A DNA stretch of 64,000 nucleotides from a virus, in IMG/VR virus record IMGVR_UViG_3300042884_001120, positions 32,001 to 96,000 of that record; one strand, given 5' to 3'. The position numbers and the translations under genes were made by a program. The notes under the pieces were generated by a model. The model saw only the letters and a list, made by a program, of their open reading frames with translations. It was not told the origin of the DNA and searched no databases. This document shows positions 9,287-18,349 of the stretch, in pieces; within the stretch, counting starts at the first letter, position 1; every line of letters starts with the position of its first letter.

Positions 9287-10579
9287 TTAAGCGCCAACCT
9301 TCTTACTGGGCGACCAAGACCACTGGCATGACCAGTATCTTGCTTTCCATTTTGGACCCGGATTGTCACAATTATGTCTTGATCTAAAGTTTTCTCTGCG
9401 CTGTGGTATGTCGCGCTTAATTTCCATATTTGGGTCGCCGAACCTTACAATAACAACATTACCACTTTCATTTTTAGTATACACCGCAAATTTTTTGGGG
9501 CCATTTGGAGTTCTGAATGGCCTATTTAATGTAACTTTACTGCCTTGGTATTCAGCGCCTTGAGCTTTTTCCCAAGCATCTGGTGAGGGACGATCTTTAT
9601 CTCCAACCTTGGCTGGTTTATAATTTTTCCCCTCTCTTTTTTTCTTGCGTCTTATATTCTCCCAAAGACCGGGCCTTTCTTTTGCAATGTCGTATTGAAA
9701 CGTATCCGCCTCATTAAGGGCAATTTCTTCATTACTTACATATTCGCTCTCTTCTGGAATATAAAGATTATCAACCGTAAGATCTTCTGCGGTCATATAT
9801 TCTTCAGTTTCATTCTCGGTTTCTTCGCCGGATTCATTTTCTGTTTCCTCTGTATCTTCTGTCTCCATGGTGTCCATGGTGTCCTCGTTTTCTGTTTCGG
9901 ATTCAGTTTCATCCTCGTCGGACTCGTCTGTAAATAGTATGTAATCAGCAACATCCTTAAGATTATCATCAATAATGGCTATTTTCCCCTGTAGCCAAGG
10001 CTCTGTTAAGTTGTATTTGGCGTTCTCGTCGGCTTCCAATGCCATGAAAATAGAGTCAATCCTAGCTTTAATTGATTTCAATGAAGATAGCGACATACCG
10101 AGAAATTCAGCTTGATAGTCTTCAATGGTATCTTCAGAGGCTTTGATTTTATACTCATCCTTAATTGACTGGGGAAGTGCTTTTACAAAGTCAGCACCTC
10201 TTGATCTTACCTTTTTTACTAGTCTACGCTTAAAATCATTGTAATCCTTCCCCTTGCTACGTCCAAAGCTATTAACGGCATCTTTAACGTCAGCTGGCGT
10301 TACGATGGGGAAACTTCTTTCGTTTGGGTATAGGAAATCACTATTTTTTAATTCGCTACGCTTTTTGCCCCCATAAGTTTTTTGGGCAGAAAATAAAACT
10401 TCATTATCACCACTTCCCACTACTGCGGTTGCTTCTTTTTTTGCACTGTCCCACTGTGTATAGCAGATAGCAATTCTTTGCTTTTGATCTGGAAAGTCTT
10501 TAGCTGTTTGGTTGTCGCCAATACAACGTGATACGAACTCAGAACGCTTTTCTTGTTTTTTGGGACTAGGAAGTGGCAT
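9287..10579 (-). CDS. modular phage protein with acidic linker (putative head-associated)
   Basis: Short modules MPLPSPKKQE..FVSRC, GKKRSELKNSDF..ERSFPI, a D/E/T-rich tract, GLWENIRRKK, and C-terminal AEYQG.KVTLN.PFRTP.GPKKFAVY..SRHNC..KARYWSC. GTGTAA motif upstream. Confidence 0.7.
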   Translation of the reverse strand: MPLPSPKKQEKRSEFVSRCIGDNQTAKDFPDQKQRIAICYTQWDSAKKEATAVVGSGDNEVLFSAQKTYGGKKRSELKNSDFLYPNERSFPIVTPADVKDAVNSFGRSKGKDYNDFKRRLVKKVRSRGADFVKALPQSIKDEYKIKASEDTIEDYQAEFLGMSLSSLKSIKARIDSIFMALEADENAKYNLTEPWLQGKIAIIDDNLKDVADYILFTDESDEDETESETENEDTMDTMETEDTEETENESGEETENETEEYMTAEDLTVDNLYIPEESEYVSNEEIALNEADTFQYDIAKERPGLWENIRRKKKREGKNYKPAKVGDKDRPSPDAWEKAQGAEYQGSKVTLNRPFRTPNGPKKFAVYTKNESGNVVIVRFGDPNMEIKRDIPQRRENFRSRHNCDNPGPKWKARYWSCQWSWSPSKKVGA

Positions 10580-10625
10580 AGAGTTATAGTATATAATTAC
10601 ACTTTTAATTAATAAAAATCAATAT

Positions 10626-13163
10626 TTATTTTAAATCACGCATATTCTTGTATATCTTACAGTCTTGCTTGATGATCTTGTCGGCAAAAATTGCATCACT
10701 GCCCTTTAATCTGCCCTTAATAGCTACTATATCGCCTTCCTCTGGAAAACTACCTCCATTATCATACTTGCATTCATCTAATAACCCCTGCTTTCCATCA
10801 AATAGTAAACAAGTAATTGTTCCCGTGTCATCTGCGACTACCGCTTTATAGAATTTATTACCATTCTTAGATTTGGACTGTTTGCACTCAAGCACTTGTC
10901 CAACGGCTAAAACCTTGTCATTTTCCTTTCTATTTTGTTTAATATACTCTATGGTATTGAATTCATTATTTTTCTTTTTAAATAGTCTTGTTAGGTTTTG
11001 GCTATAGCTAAAACCAAGGCAATTTCTTTCGTAGAAATAATTTGTTACGTCTTCGTTTCTACTATTTAGCATATAGATATCCTTATAGGTATTATATTTA
11101 CTTTTTATAGTTTCAAAACGACTATCCTTAATCTGAGCTTTGTCATTCAATAGCTTAATAATTAGCAAGATATCCTTGTTATCAGTGTCATCATGTACAT
11201 CTTTAACTAAACGCTTCTCTCTATCAGTTAGTAAATTATAGGTTTGTGCCTCAAGAACTAACCTAGTTCTTTTCGTTTCTAAATCATCTAAAGAACCAGC
11301 CTGTATCAAAGAGGAAAGCACTCCAATATTTAAACCTGCCTGTTTTGCGGCAACAAAACAGTCGATCTTGCTATCATATTCGCCACGGAATTTGATTAAT
11401 TTTTCCATCGCGCTATCTGAAACCCCCTTAATTGCGCTTAGTCCATAACGAATATTATTTCCATCTATTTTAAATTTCATGTCAGACTTTAATAAGTGTG
11501 GGGGTAGCAACTTAATTCCAAAATGGGGAAGTTCTTGCTGCATTTTTCTAATTTCCTCCATTGGGTCTGGAAGACGCTGGCTAGCATTTAGACATGCTGT
11601 AAAGAATTGTAATGGATATTTATACTTAAGATAGACGGTAAGCGCGCCAAGGTAAGCCGTTGCCATTGAATGTGACTTATTGAATGAATAGTCCGCCGAA
11701 TCGCTACAAACCTTCCAAATAGCCTCTGCTACTTGCTCACCGAATCCATTCTTTTCACAAGTTTCAAATACTCTATCCTTCCATTTGGGCATCTCATCAC
11801 GCTTCTTTTTGCCAATAACTCGTCTAATGATTTCCCCCTCATCTGCCGAAAACCCAACGGCTACCAGACTTTGAATAAGTTGTTCTTGATAAAGTGGAAG
11901 ATTTCTACTTTCCGCAAAAACCTCCCTCAATTTCTCGTGTGGCGGCTCACCTGACATGCAAACATATTTATCTTCATATGCTAGCGCGCCAGGTCGAGCT
12001 ATAGCGTTTACATCGCTAAGTTCCTGAATATTTGCTGGTTTGATTTTTTGACATACTCTATACGCGCAATCAGCACTGATTTGATAAAGGCCGTAGGGTT
12101 TTAAATTATCGCTTTGTAAATGTTTATAAACATCAATATTTGTATCAAGCTCGATATCTTCAATTGATTCTGGAATATTTTCGAAAATATCTTTAATAAT
12201 TTCATTGCTTGTTAGACCAAGAAGATCAAGTTTAATGCCAAATTTTGCGGCAGTGTTCATTTCGTAAGAAATACTTATCTCACCTTCTTTATTTAATTCT
12301 ACTGGAATAAATTCGTTTAATGAAGAATAAGATATGAAATATCCACTAGCATGTGTTGATTTACCACGAATCAGGTCTCTTAACTTAAGGGCTACTCTAT
12401 AAGACTCGGGGTACGAGTCCGCCCATTCTTTAAACTTTTCGCTATTCTTGTAAGAGTCCTCAATATCCTCAACTACTCCAAAGGTTTTGCCAATGGTGTC
12501 GGATAGGTCAGAAGCCATTTCTTCTGTAGCTTCATTTATTATTTTAAAAACATCTTTTACTAGAATTTTACCAGAAAAAGTTGAAAGTGCTGCAATTTTA
12601 GCAACCTTGTTCGGATAGCAAGATTTTAGCCATTCAATTATCTCTTCCCTAACGCCACCCAAGTTAATATCAACGTCTGGAGCAAGATCTCCCTGTATAT
12701 ATGTCACACCATCAATAATTTCCTTCTTTGCTCTTACTCTCGAAATAAATCGTGTAAAAAATAGTTTTTTATCTATTGGGTCAACCCCTGTTACCCCAAT
12801 CAAAAAGAATATTAAACTACCAGCCGCACTACCACGACCCCAATCAATGAATGCGCCCATTTGTCGTGCTTTGTTAATTACTCTCCAAACCAACAGGAAA
12901 TAATCCACAAATCCTAGATCCTGAACAATTACGAATTCTTCTTGAAGTCTCTCGATATATTTAGGCCATAAATCTTTATTTACCTTATCTCTAAAAGAAA
13001 TCCAACCTTGGTTAATTAATTGTTGTAAAAACTCATCATTATTATTTACAGGCTTCGCAATAATATTTTTCTCGCTATCCGTAAGATCAATGCTTGGTAA
13101 GCGAACCAAGTTGATGTTATCTATTTTTATTTGACCGAATTCTTTAAGAAATTTATTGTTCAT
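10626..13163 (-). CDS. dnaE: DNA polymerase III alpha (family C) catalytic subunit lacking the N-terminal PHP domain
   Basis: GRGSAAGSL, PDVDIN, STHASG, KLDLLGL, YQEQ, YSFNKSH, IRYGLSAIKG and a C-terminal OB fold. ATG 13163 preferred over TTG 13208. Confidence 0.95.
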   Translation of the reverse strand: MNNKFLKEFGQIKIDNINLVRLPSIDLTDSEKNIIAKPVNNNDEFLQQLINQGWISFRDKVNKDLWPKYIERLQEEFVIVQDLGFVDYFLLVWRVINKARQMGAFIDWGRGSAAGSLIFFLIGVTGVDPIDKKLFFTRFISRVRAKKEIIDGVTYIQGDLAPDVDINLGGVREEIIEWLKSCYPNKVAKIAALSTFSGKILVKDVFKIINEATEEMASDLSDTIGKTFGVVEDIEDSYKNSEKFKEWADSYPESYRVALKLRDLIRGKSTHASGYFISYSSLNEFIPVELNKEGEISISYEMNTAAKFGIKLDLLGLTSNEIIKDIFENIPESIEDIELDTNIDVYKHLQSDNLKPYGLYQISADCAYRVCQKIKPANIQELSDVNAIARPGALAYEDKYVCMSGEPPHEKLREVFAESRNLPLYQEQLIQSLVAVGFSADEGEIIRRVIGKKKRDEMPKWKDRVFETCEKNGFGEQVAEAIWKVCSDSADYSFNKSHSMATAYLGALTVYLKYKYPLQFFTACLNASQRLPDPMEEIRKMQQELPHFGIKLLPPHLLKSDMKFKIDGNNIRYGLSAIKGVSDSAMEKLIKFRGEYDSKIDCFVAAKQAGLNIGVLSSLIQAGSLDDLETKRTRLVLEAQTYNLLTDREKRLVKDVHDDTDNKDILLIIKLLNDKAQIKDSRFETIKSKYNTYKDIYMLNSRNEDVTNYFYERNCLGFSYSQNLTRLFKKKNNEFNTIEYIKQNRKENDKVLAVGQVLECKQSKSKNGNKFYKAVVADDTGTITCLLFDGKQGLLDECKYDNGGSFPEEGDIVAIKGRLKGSDAIFADKIIKQDCKIYKNMRDLK

Positions 13164-13195
13164 ACTTCGATTGAAGATAATGGTAGCATATTTTT

Positions 13196-13975
13196 TTAAT
13201 AATCGCAAGATTTTATAAAAAGAGATTTATATGTATCAAATTTTCTATGCAATTTAAAGGATAATTTTTTTTTATAAATATAGTCTAAAAATATTTTTTG
13301 ATTTTTTTTGTGTAAAATCTCAAACCTAGAAAAACTAGTAGTAGATGTTTTGTATCTATAAATGTTATATTTAATATTTAAATTAGTACTTAATGTAATT
13401 AAAGCGTCCCATTTTTGATGATAAGATCCACATATTGTTAGTGTCTTTGAAATATGCCCATCGGCATCAAACCATCCTCTAAAAAAATGGTTATGTAGTT
13501 TATGCGGAATCAAAGAAAGTATTTTTACTGGGCTTTCTAGGGATTTATTGCAAAAATCGCTATTTTGCAAAAATATTGCTAATTTTTTATGGTTAAAATA
13601 AAACATGGTCTGGGGTTTCCAATTAGATTTTTGTGGTTTTTTTTGATGTATTTTCCACCTATTATCAAATAGGTTTTTAATATCTATAGCGTCCTCGCGC
13701 TTTATCGTAAGAGAAACGTGCCCCCCTCTTGAGGTGCTTTTTACTGTGCCATCTCCCCAAATAAAACCCAATAAATAAGAAATATTTTCTGTATTTATAT
13801 GAATAAAATCATTAATATTTGAATTATTTTCTCTGCAATTGGTTTTTATTTTAAGCTCACTAGCTACTCTCCTGATGGAGTCGGAACTTCTATTTATATA
13901 TTCTTTAACTTTTTTACAGCCGCCGTTTGGGTAATGTATCCTAATAATTTGTTTTTCGTAATCAGAATACTTCAT
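13196..13975 (-). mobile_element. free-standing double-motif LAGLIDADG homing endonuclease
   Basis: YLLGFIWGDG and FFRGWFDADG motifs; own GTGTAA motif; very AT-rich; no room for an intron core. Confidence 0.85.
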
Positions 13976-14005
13976 GTAGTTATATTACACTACATTGTGT
14001 GCCAA

Positions 14006-14638
14006 CTACACCTCGATGGCATATATCTGTTTCATAAATATTTTAAATACTAACGAGTTATCGTACAGTGAGTCATGCGCTTTATTTTCATCGTAGTCAA
14101 TATCATACACAGAACAAAGATGTTTAACAGATGTTTTTAATCCTCTTTGTCTAAAGTTTTGCATTTGAAAATTCCAACCACTACGATCTTCGGGTATTGA
14201 TTTAAGCCCTAAGTATATACCCTTTTGCATTGATTGTACATCAAGAATTCTATCTACATAAGAATAATCAGTCTCTAATCCCGCCGCCTTTCTTAAGTTA
14301 TTGTGTTGATAAACATCGAAACCAAGTAGGTTTGCACCAATAATTATATAGTCTTTATTGTAAAGATATTTATCAAAATCAGTAACAACCTTTTTAGGAT
14401 CTTCTGACTTTTTTGCCCAAGCCGCCCTATCAAAGCGTGTTATTTTGGCGGCACCATCAGACATCTTTAAATCATCCCAATAAATAAATCTATCTTCATT
14501 TTTTATAATTTTATTACCTTCTGCAATTGACCAGCTTAATTGCCAAGGCCTTGAATTTGCCAAGTTTAAACTTTCGGTTTCAGTGTCGAAAATTAAATAT
14601 TTCTGTTTTTTCTGAAAGCGTAAAAGATTATCTTGCAT
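14006..14638 (-). CDS. DEDDh 3'-5' exonuclease (DnaQ/epsilon-like)
   Basis: FDTETE (ExoI), N..GFD (ExoII), AHDSLYD (ExoIII). Confidence 0.9.
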   Translation of the reverse strand: MQDNLLRFQKKQKYLIFDTETESLNLANSRPWQLSWSIAEGNKIIKNEDRFIYWDDLKMSDGAAKITRFDRAAWAKKSEDPKKVVTDFDKYLYNKDYIIIGANLLGFDVYQHNNLRKAAGLETDYSYVDRILDVQSMQKGIYLGLKSIPEDRSGWNFQMQNFRQRGLKTSVKHLCSVYDIDYDENKAHDSLYDNSLVFKIFMKQIYAIEV

Positions 14639-15374
14639 TGTTCATTGCCTCCATACAGAATTCATTGCTTCCAAAGTGGGATAGTTCCGGCTTCTGAAAG
14701 TTTGATCTATTTAAAATACATCTATAAGTCATATAAGCATTAAAATCTGATTTATTATTATAATAGATAGTCTTACTTTCTATCTGGTCATACTTTATAC
14801 TTGATTGTATCTGTTTTTTTACAATACTGTCAAATGGTAAATTGTTATTTTCTATTGAAATATATGGGCTTGTAAAATCTATGTCCGGAATACAATAGTG
14901 ACCATGTAATAAATTATTGAATATAAATGAATCGTAAAATGGAATTAGCATTAATAAATTTTTAGTCCAATTCTTTTTTAAGATATTATAATCTAACCGT
15001 GGCTTACCATTAAAATTACCAATAGTAGTTGAGATATTATGAAGTTTAACTAGATCGGTAAAGCTATTGCTTTTAGCGAAAATAATCAACTTGCCTTCAG
15101 TTTGAGTAGAGGCATCTGTTTTATCTTCTATATTATTACATACGCTTACTCTAAAACCATAACGTAAATTTAGCCCGGCATTAGACGCGTTTTCATATGC
15201 TTCAACCATACCGCTTAAATTATTATCTGCAATAAAAACATCTTTAATATCGTTATCTTTACAGATATCAAATACTGAATCTGCTCGATTCAATTTCCTA
15301 TCGCTAATATCCGTACCCTTATCAAGGGTTAGTATGGACGTTAGAGAATAATTTGATCTAAATATTGGTATCAT
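14628..15374 (-). CDS. stand-alone PHP domain of DNA polymerase III alpha
   Basis: MIPIFRSNYSL.SIL, IADNNLSGMVEAY, LRYG, LIIFAK...DLVKL resemble the DnaE N-terminus. Confidence 0.8.
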   Translation of the reverse strand: MIPIFRSNYSLTSILTLDKGTDISDRKLNRADSVFDICKDNDIKDVFIADNNLSGMVEAYENASNAGLNLRYGFRVSVCNNIEDKTDASTQTEGKLIIFAKSNSFTDLVKLHNISTTIGNFNGKPRLDYNILKKNWTKNLLMLIPFYDSFIFNNLLHGHYCIPDIDFTSPYISIENNNLPFDSIVKKQIQSSIKYDQIESKTIYYNNKSDFNAYMTYRCILNRSNFQKPELSHFGSNEFCMEAMNNAR

Positions 15375-15937
15375 TAACCTTGATTAATTAGTGTAGATAT
15401 GGAGTATTCTCTAGAAATATTTAATCTAGGACTATCAATATGATCAACGATACCATACTTTTTAGCCTGTTTCGCGTTTAGATATAAATTACTATTTTTA
15501 TTACTTTCTACGGCCTTGTAGAAGAAGCCACTAGCCTTTCCGCAATTTTTATCTAGAATGGAAAATAACTGTTTATTAAGTGCGAGAGCATGGTTTGTAT
15601 CAATATTCACATCACTAACCTTTGTTTGGCCAGTGCCAGTGAGAACTTCGTGAACCATGATGTGCGCATATTCGCTTGCGAATCTAAGCCCCTTTGTTCC
15701 ACAGCTTAGTAGGATTGCGGCGGCGCTCATTGCTTTTGAGTCTACTATTGTGCATACTTGCTTTTCAGTGCTCTTTATGATACTAACCATTCCAAGAACA
15801 GAATAAACTTCGCCACCATAACAATCAATAACTATTGGTATTATAGGTTGATCGGTATTCCTGTCTAGGTTCCAGAACTCTTGACGAAACTTTCTAAGGC
15901 CGTGCTCGTTAATTTGGTTTACGCAGATATATTCCAT
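15374..15937 (-). CDS. clpP: ClpP-like protease subunit
   Basis: IDCYGGEV, KAMSAAAIL (catalytic Ser), IMVHE (His), YLNAKQAKKYGIVD. Confidence 0.85.
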   Translation of the reverse strand: MEYICVNQINEHGLRKFRQEFWNLDRNTDQPIIPIVIDCYGGEVYSVLGMVSIIKSTEKQVCTIVDSKAMSAAAILLSCGTKGLRFASEYAHIMVHEVLTGTGQTKVSDVNIDTNHALALNKQLFSILDKNCGKASGFFYKAVESNKNSNLYLNAKQAKKYGIVDHIDSPRLNISREYSISTLINQG

Positions 15938-15961
15938 ATTTCTATATTATCAATATTTTTA

Positions 15962-16963
15962 TTAGAAGTCAAATGCATCTTTTTGTTTTTTAACTTCCCA
16001 AGCCGGACACCCTTCGTATCTCCTTTCCTCGACAGTAAAACCTTCCTTAATATCTTCTGCGTTAATATCTTCCGAGGCAAATACTGATTTAATTATTTTT
16101 TTATCTTTATCAAGTAAAACTTTATAATTCATTGCTTCAAGATATGGGCACTTCCATCCAGATTTTGTTTTACACATCCACTTTTTACTGAACTCGTTTT
16201 TTGCAAAATTGGATTTTGCAGACTGTTCGTTAAATGATTGTAATAAATTAGAAGTATATTCTAGATAATGCTCAAACCCATCAAGTTCGTTATCTGAAAA
16301 AGCTGGAGAAGATTTTTCTGGATCATTTGGGTATCTCAAGAAAAGAAATTTTGCAATAATTTCCTTATATTGATTTGGATATTTTTTCTTAAGGGCTAGG
16401 GAATACATCATTGATTGCAGATTACTTTCAAGTTCTGCGGTATCAAATGTTTTTTTACTGCTTTTATAATCTCTTACTATTAATTTTCCATCCTTGTCTT
16501 TTACAAGTCTATCAACAAATCCTACAATTCTATATTTTGGACTTTCGTTTGTAATATCAAAAGCCCACTCACTACCTATAAATCCATCTATATTGATAAA
16601 ATCAAACTTTAAACCAACTAAAATCATTTGATCTATACATTTTAGATTAGTAACTTCTGGCTCCTTCTTAAGGGGCTTTACCATTTCATCTAAATCTAGT
16701 CCAATTTTTCTTGCGGTCTTGAATATAAGATTCCAAACAGAGGGAACGGCCTTGCATGTTTCTTTTTTTATTATTTTTTTTACATACTTGTGATGCCTTG
16801 GGTTTGAGAGGATTTCAAATATTAAGTGGGCAATAGTGCCCCTCATTGCACCAGAGTTATTTGTTTGCGGCAATTTTAATACATAATTCGAATAATAACT
16901 CCAAGTACATGACTGAAGGGTTTTAATTCTACTTGCAGAAAGCCTAACTAGTTCTTCGCTCAT
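15962..16963 (-). CDS. PD-(D/E)XK nuclease (RecB/Cas4-like)
   Basis: LSASRIKTLQSC, RGTIAHLIFE, GFVDRL..VRDYKSSK, Q..MY, C-terminal cysteines. Start at ATG 16963 (ATGA overlap). Confidence 0.88.
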   Translation of the reverse strand: MSEELVRLSASRIKTLQSCTWSYYSNYVLKLPQTNNSGAMRGTIAHLIFEILSNPRHHKYVKKIIKKETCKAVPSVWNLIFKTARKIGLDLDEMVKPLKKEPEVTNLKCIDQMILVGLKFDFINIDGFIGSEWAFDITNESPKYRIVGFVDRLVKDKDGKLIVRDYKSSKKTFDTAELESNLQSMMYSLALKKKYPNQYKEIIAKFLFLRYPNDPEKSSPAFSDNELDGFEHYLEYTSNLLQSFNEQSAKSNFAKNEFSKKWMCKTKSGWKCPYLEAMNYKVLLDKDKKIIKSVFASEDINAEDIKEGFTVEERRYEGCPAWEVKKQKDAFDF

Positions 16964-17445
16964 ACGGCAACTTCTTCTCCGTTGATTAGGCACTTAATTC
17001 CTAGTTCTTTATTTAACAATAATATTGTAACTCCCGCCTCGGCAAACATTTCTTCGGCTTTTGATACTGATTTTGACCACTTTCCATGTGACAGTGTTGG
17101 GTATTGCTCGTGCAGTACCACAGTGTTTATTCCGGCCTGAATGATTGCTTTGGCACATTCATTACATGGCATTCCAGAAGTATAAAGCGCAGAACCCTTG
17201 GTGGCAATTCCATTTCTAGCCGCCGAAAGAATAGAGTTATGTTCTGCGTGGGTAATATAAAAATATTTATCTTCTCTGTTATTTAGTCTCTCCTCGGTAT
17301 CTTTTACTCCTCTTGGGAAGCCGTTATATCCAATTGATATGATATTATTATCACGAACCAGTACGGCACCAATTTTAGTGCTAGGGTCTTTGCTTTTCTG
17401 AGATGCCAAATATTGATGGCGTATGTAGTATTCTGTCCAGTTCAT
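16960..17445 (-). CDS. dCMP deaminase
   Basis: SKDPSTKIGA, GYNGFPRG, HAEHN, PCNECAKAIIQAGI. Confidence 0.95.
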   Translation of the reverse strand: MNWTEYYIRHQYLASQKSKDPSTKIGAVLVRDNNIISIGYNGFPRGVKDTEERLNNREDKYFYITHAEHNSILSAARNGIATKGSALYTSGMPCNECAKAIIQAGINTVVLHEQYPTLSHGKWSKSVSKAEEMFAEAGVTILLLNKELGIKCLINGEEVAV

Positions 17446-17446
17446 A

Positions 17447-18349
17447 TTATTTTAAATTGTTGTACCAGCTAATGTTTTCCTGATCATTCTGTTCACCGAA
17501 ATCATTCTTGATAGGGTGCGCGATTTTGATTTGATTTTCGTCAAAAAATTCAGTAAGTTTTTCCTTGATTCCTTTCGCTGCTTTCTGTCCGGCTTGGTTT
17601 GCATCATTATTAGTTGCAATAATAATACTTTTTGGATCTAAGCGCAATATTGCTTTTATTAAACCATTGCCTATATCAGTTCCAAATGTTATCCCTATAT
17701 TTTTGATTCCAGATTGCCACAATGACAACATGTCTCCTATGCTTTCAACTAATATAATTTCATTTTTATCGTTTATATATTTATAACTAAAAACTAATGG
17801 ATATGCCCAGTCATTCTTTTTGCCAATATGTTTCCACTTGATTTTTGAACTTCCAGATACATCTCTTCCCGAGAATCCTTCTATTTTTTTTCTAGAATTA
17901 AAAATTGGAAAAACATACCTATTTTGCATTTTACCACTCCCACATATTCCACTCTGGAATACTTTTAAGGTATCATTTTTTATTCCTCTACCATTCCAAT
18001 AAGAATGATCATCCTTCAGGGATAAAATATCATCGCTAGAATAGTATTTTACCGTTTTATTGAATGGGTCTTGATCGTCTATTGATGCGAAACAGGATGA
18101 ATAATACTCTTTTGTTCCATTTATTATTTTTTCTACTTGTTCGTAAGATTTTAAATTTAATGTCTTTTTCAAAAAATCCTCAAGTGACATTGTTTTGCTA
18201 GTAACGAAATCATGAACAGTATTTGTTTGTAAATAAACAGCAACAGAAGTTGGGTCATCGCCACCACGATATTTCGCAGTACATGTTAAATATGTACCAT
18301 GGTTTCTAGGCTGGCAACCAGCACTGCGCAATATGTCTATTAGGTTCAT
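17447..18349 (-). CDS. DNA primase (DnaG-like, TOPRIM)
   Basis: RYVFPI...GFSGR, ILVESIGD, NNDANQAGQKAA; adjacent to the helicase. Confidence 0.88.
   Translation of the reverse strand: MNLIDILRSAGCQPRNHGTYLTCTAKYRGGDDPTSVAVYLQTNTVHDFVTSKTMSLEDFLKKTLNLKSYEQVEKIINGTKEYYSSCFASIDDQDPFNKTVKYYSSDDILSLKDDHSYWNGRGIKNDTLKVFQSGICGSGKMQNRYVFPIFNSRKKIEGFSGRDVSGSSKIKWKHIGKKNDWAYPLVFSYKYINDKNEIILVESIGDMLSLWQSGIKNIGITFGTDIGNGLIKAILRLDPKSIIIATNNDANQAGQKAAKGIKEKLTEFFDENQIKIAHPIKNDFGEQNDQENISWYNNLK

Noticed and set aside
13196-13975. Group I intron or intein interrupting dnaE
   Set aside because: Only ~30 nt of non-coding sequence on each side, the upstream exonuclease ends with a normal stop, and there are no intein splice motifs.
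15962-16963. CRISPR-Cas system suggested by the Cas4-like nuclease
   Set aside because: No repeat-spacer array or other cas genes; the context is replication/recombination.
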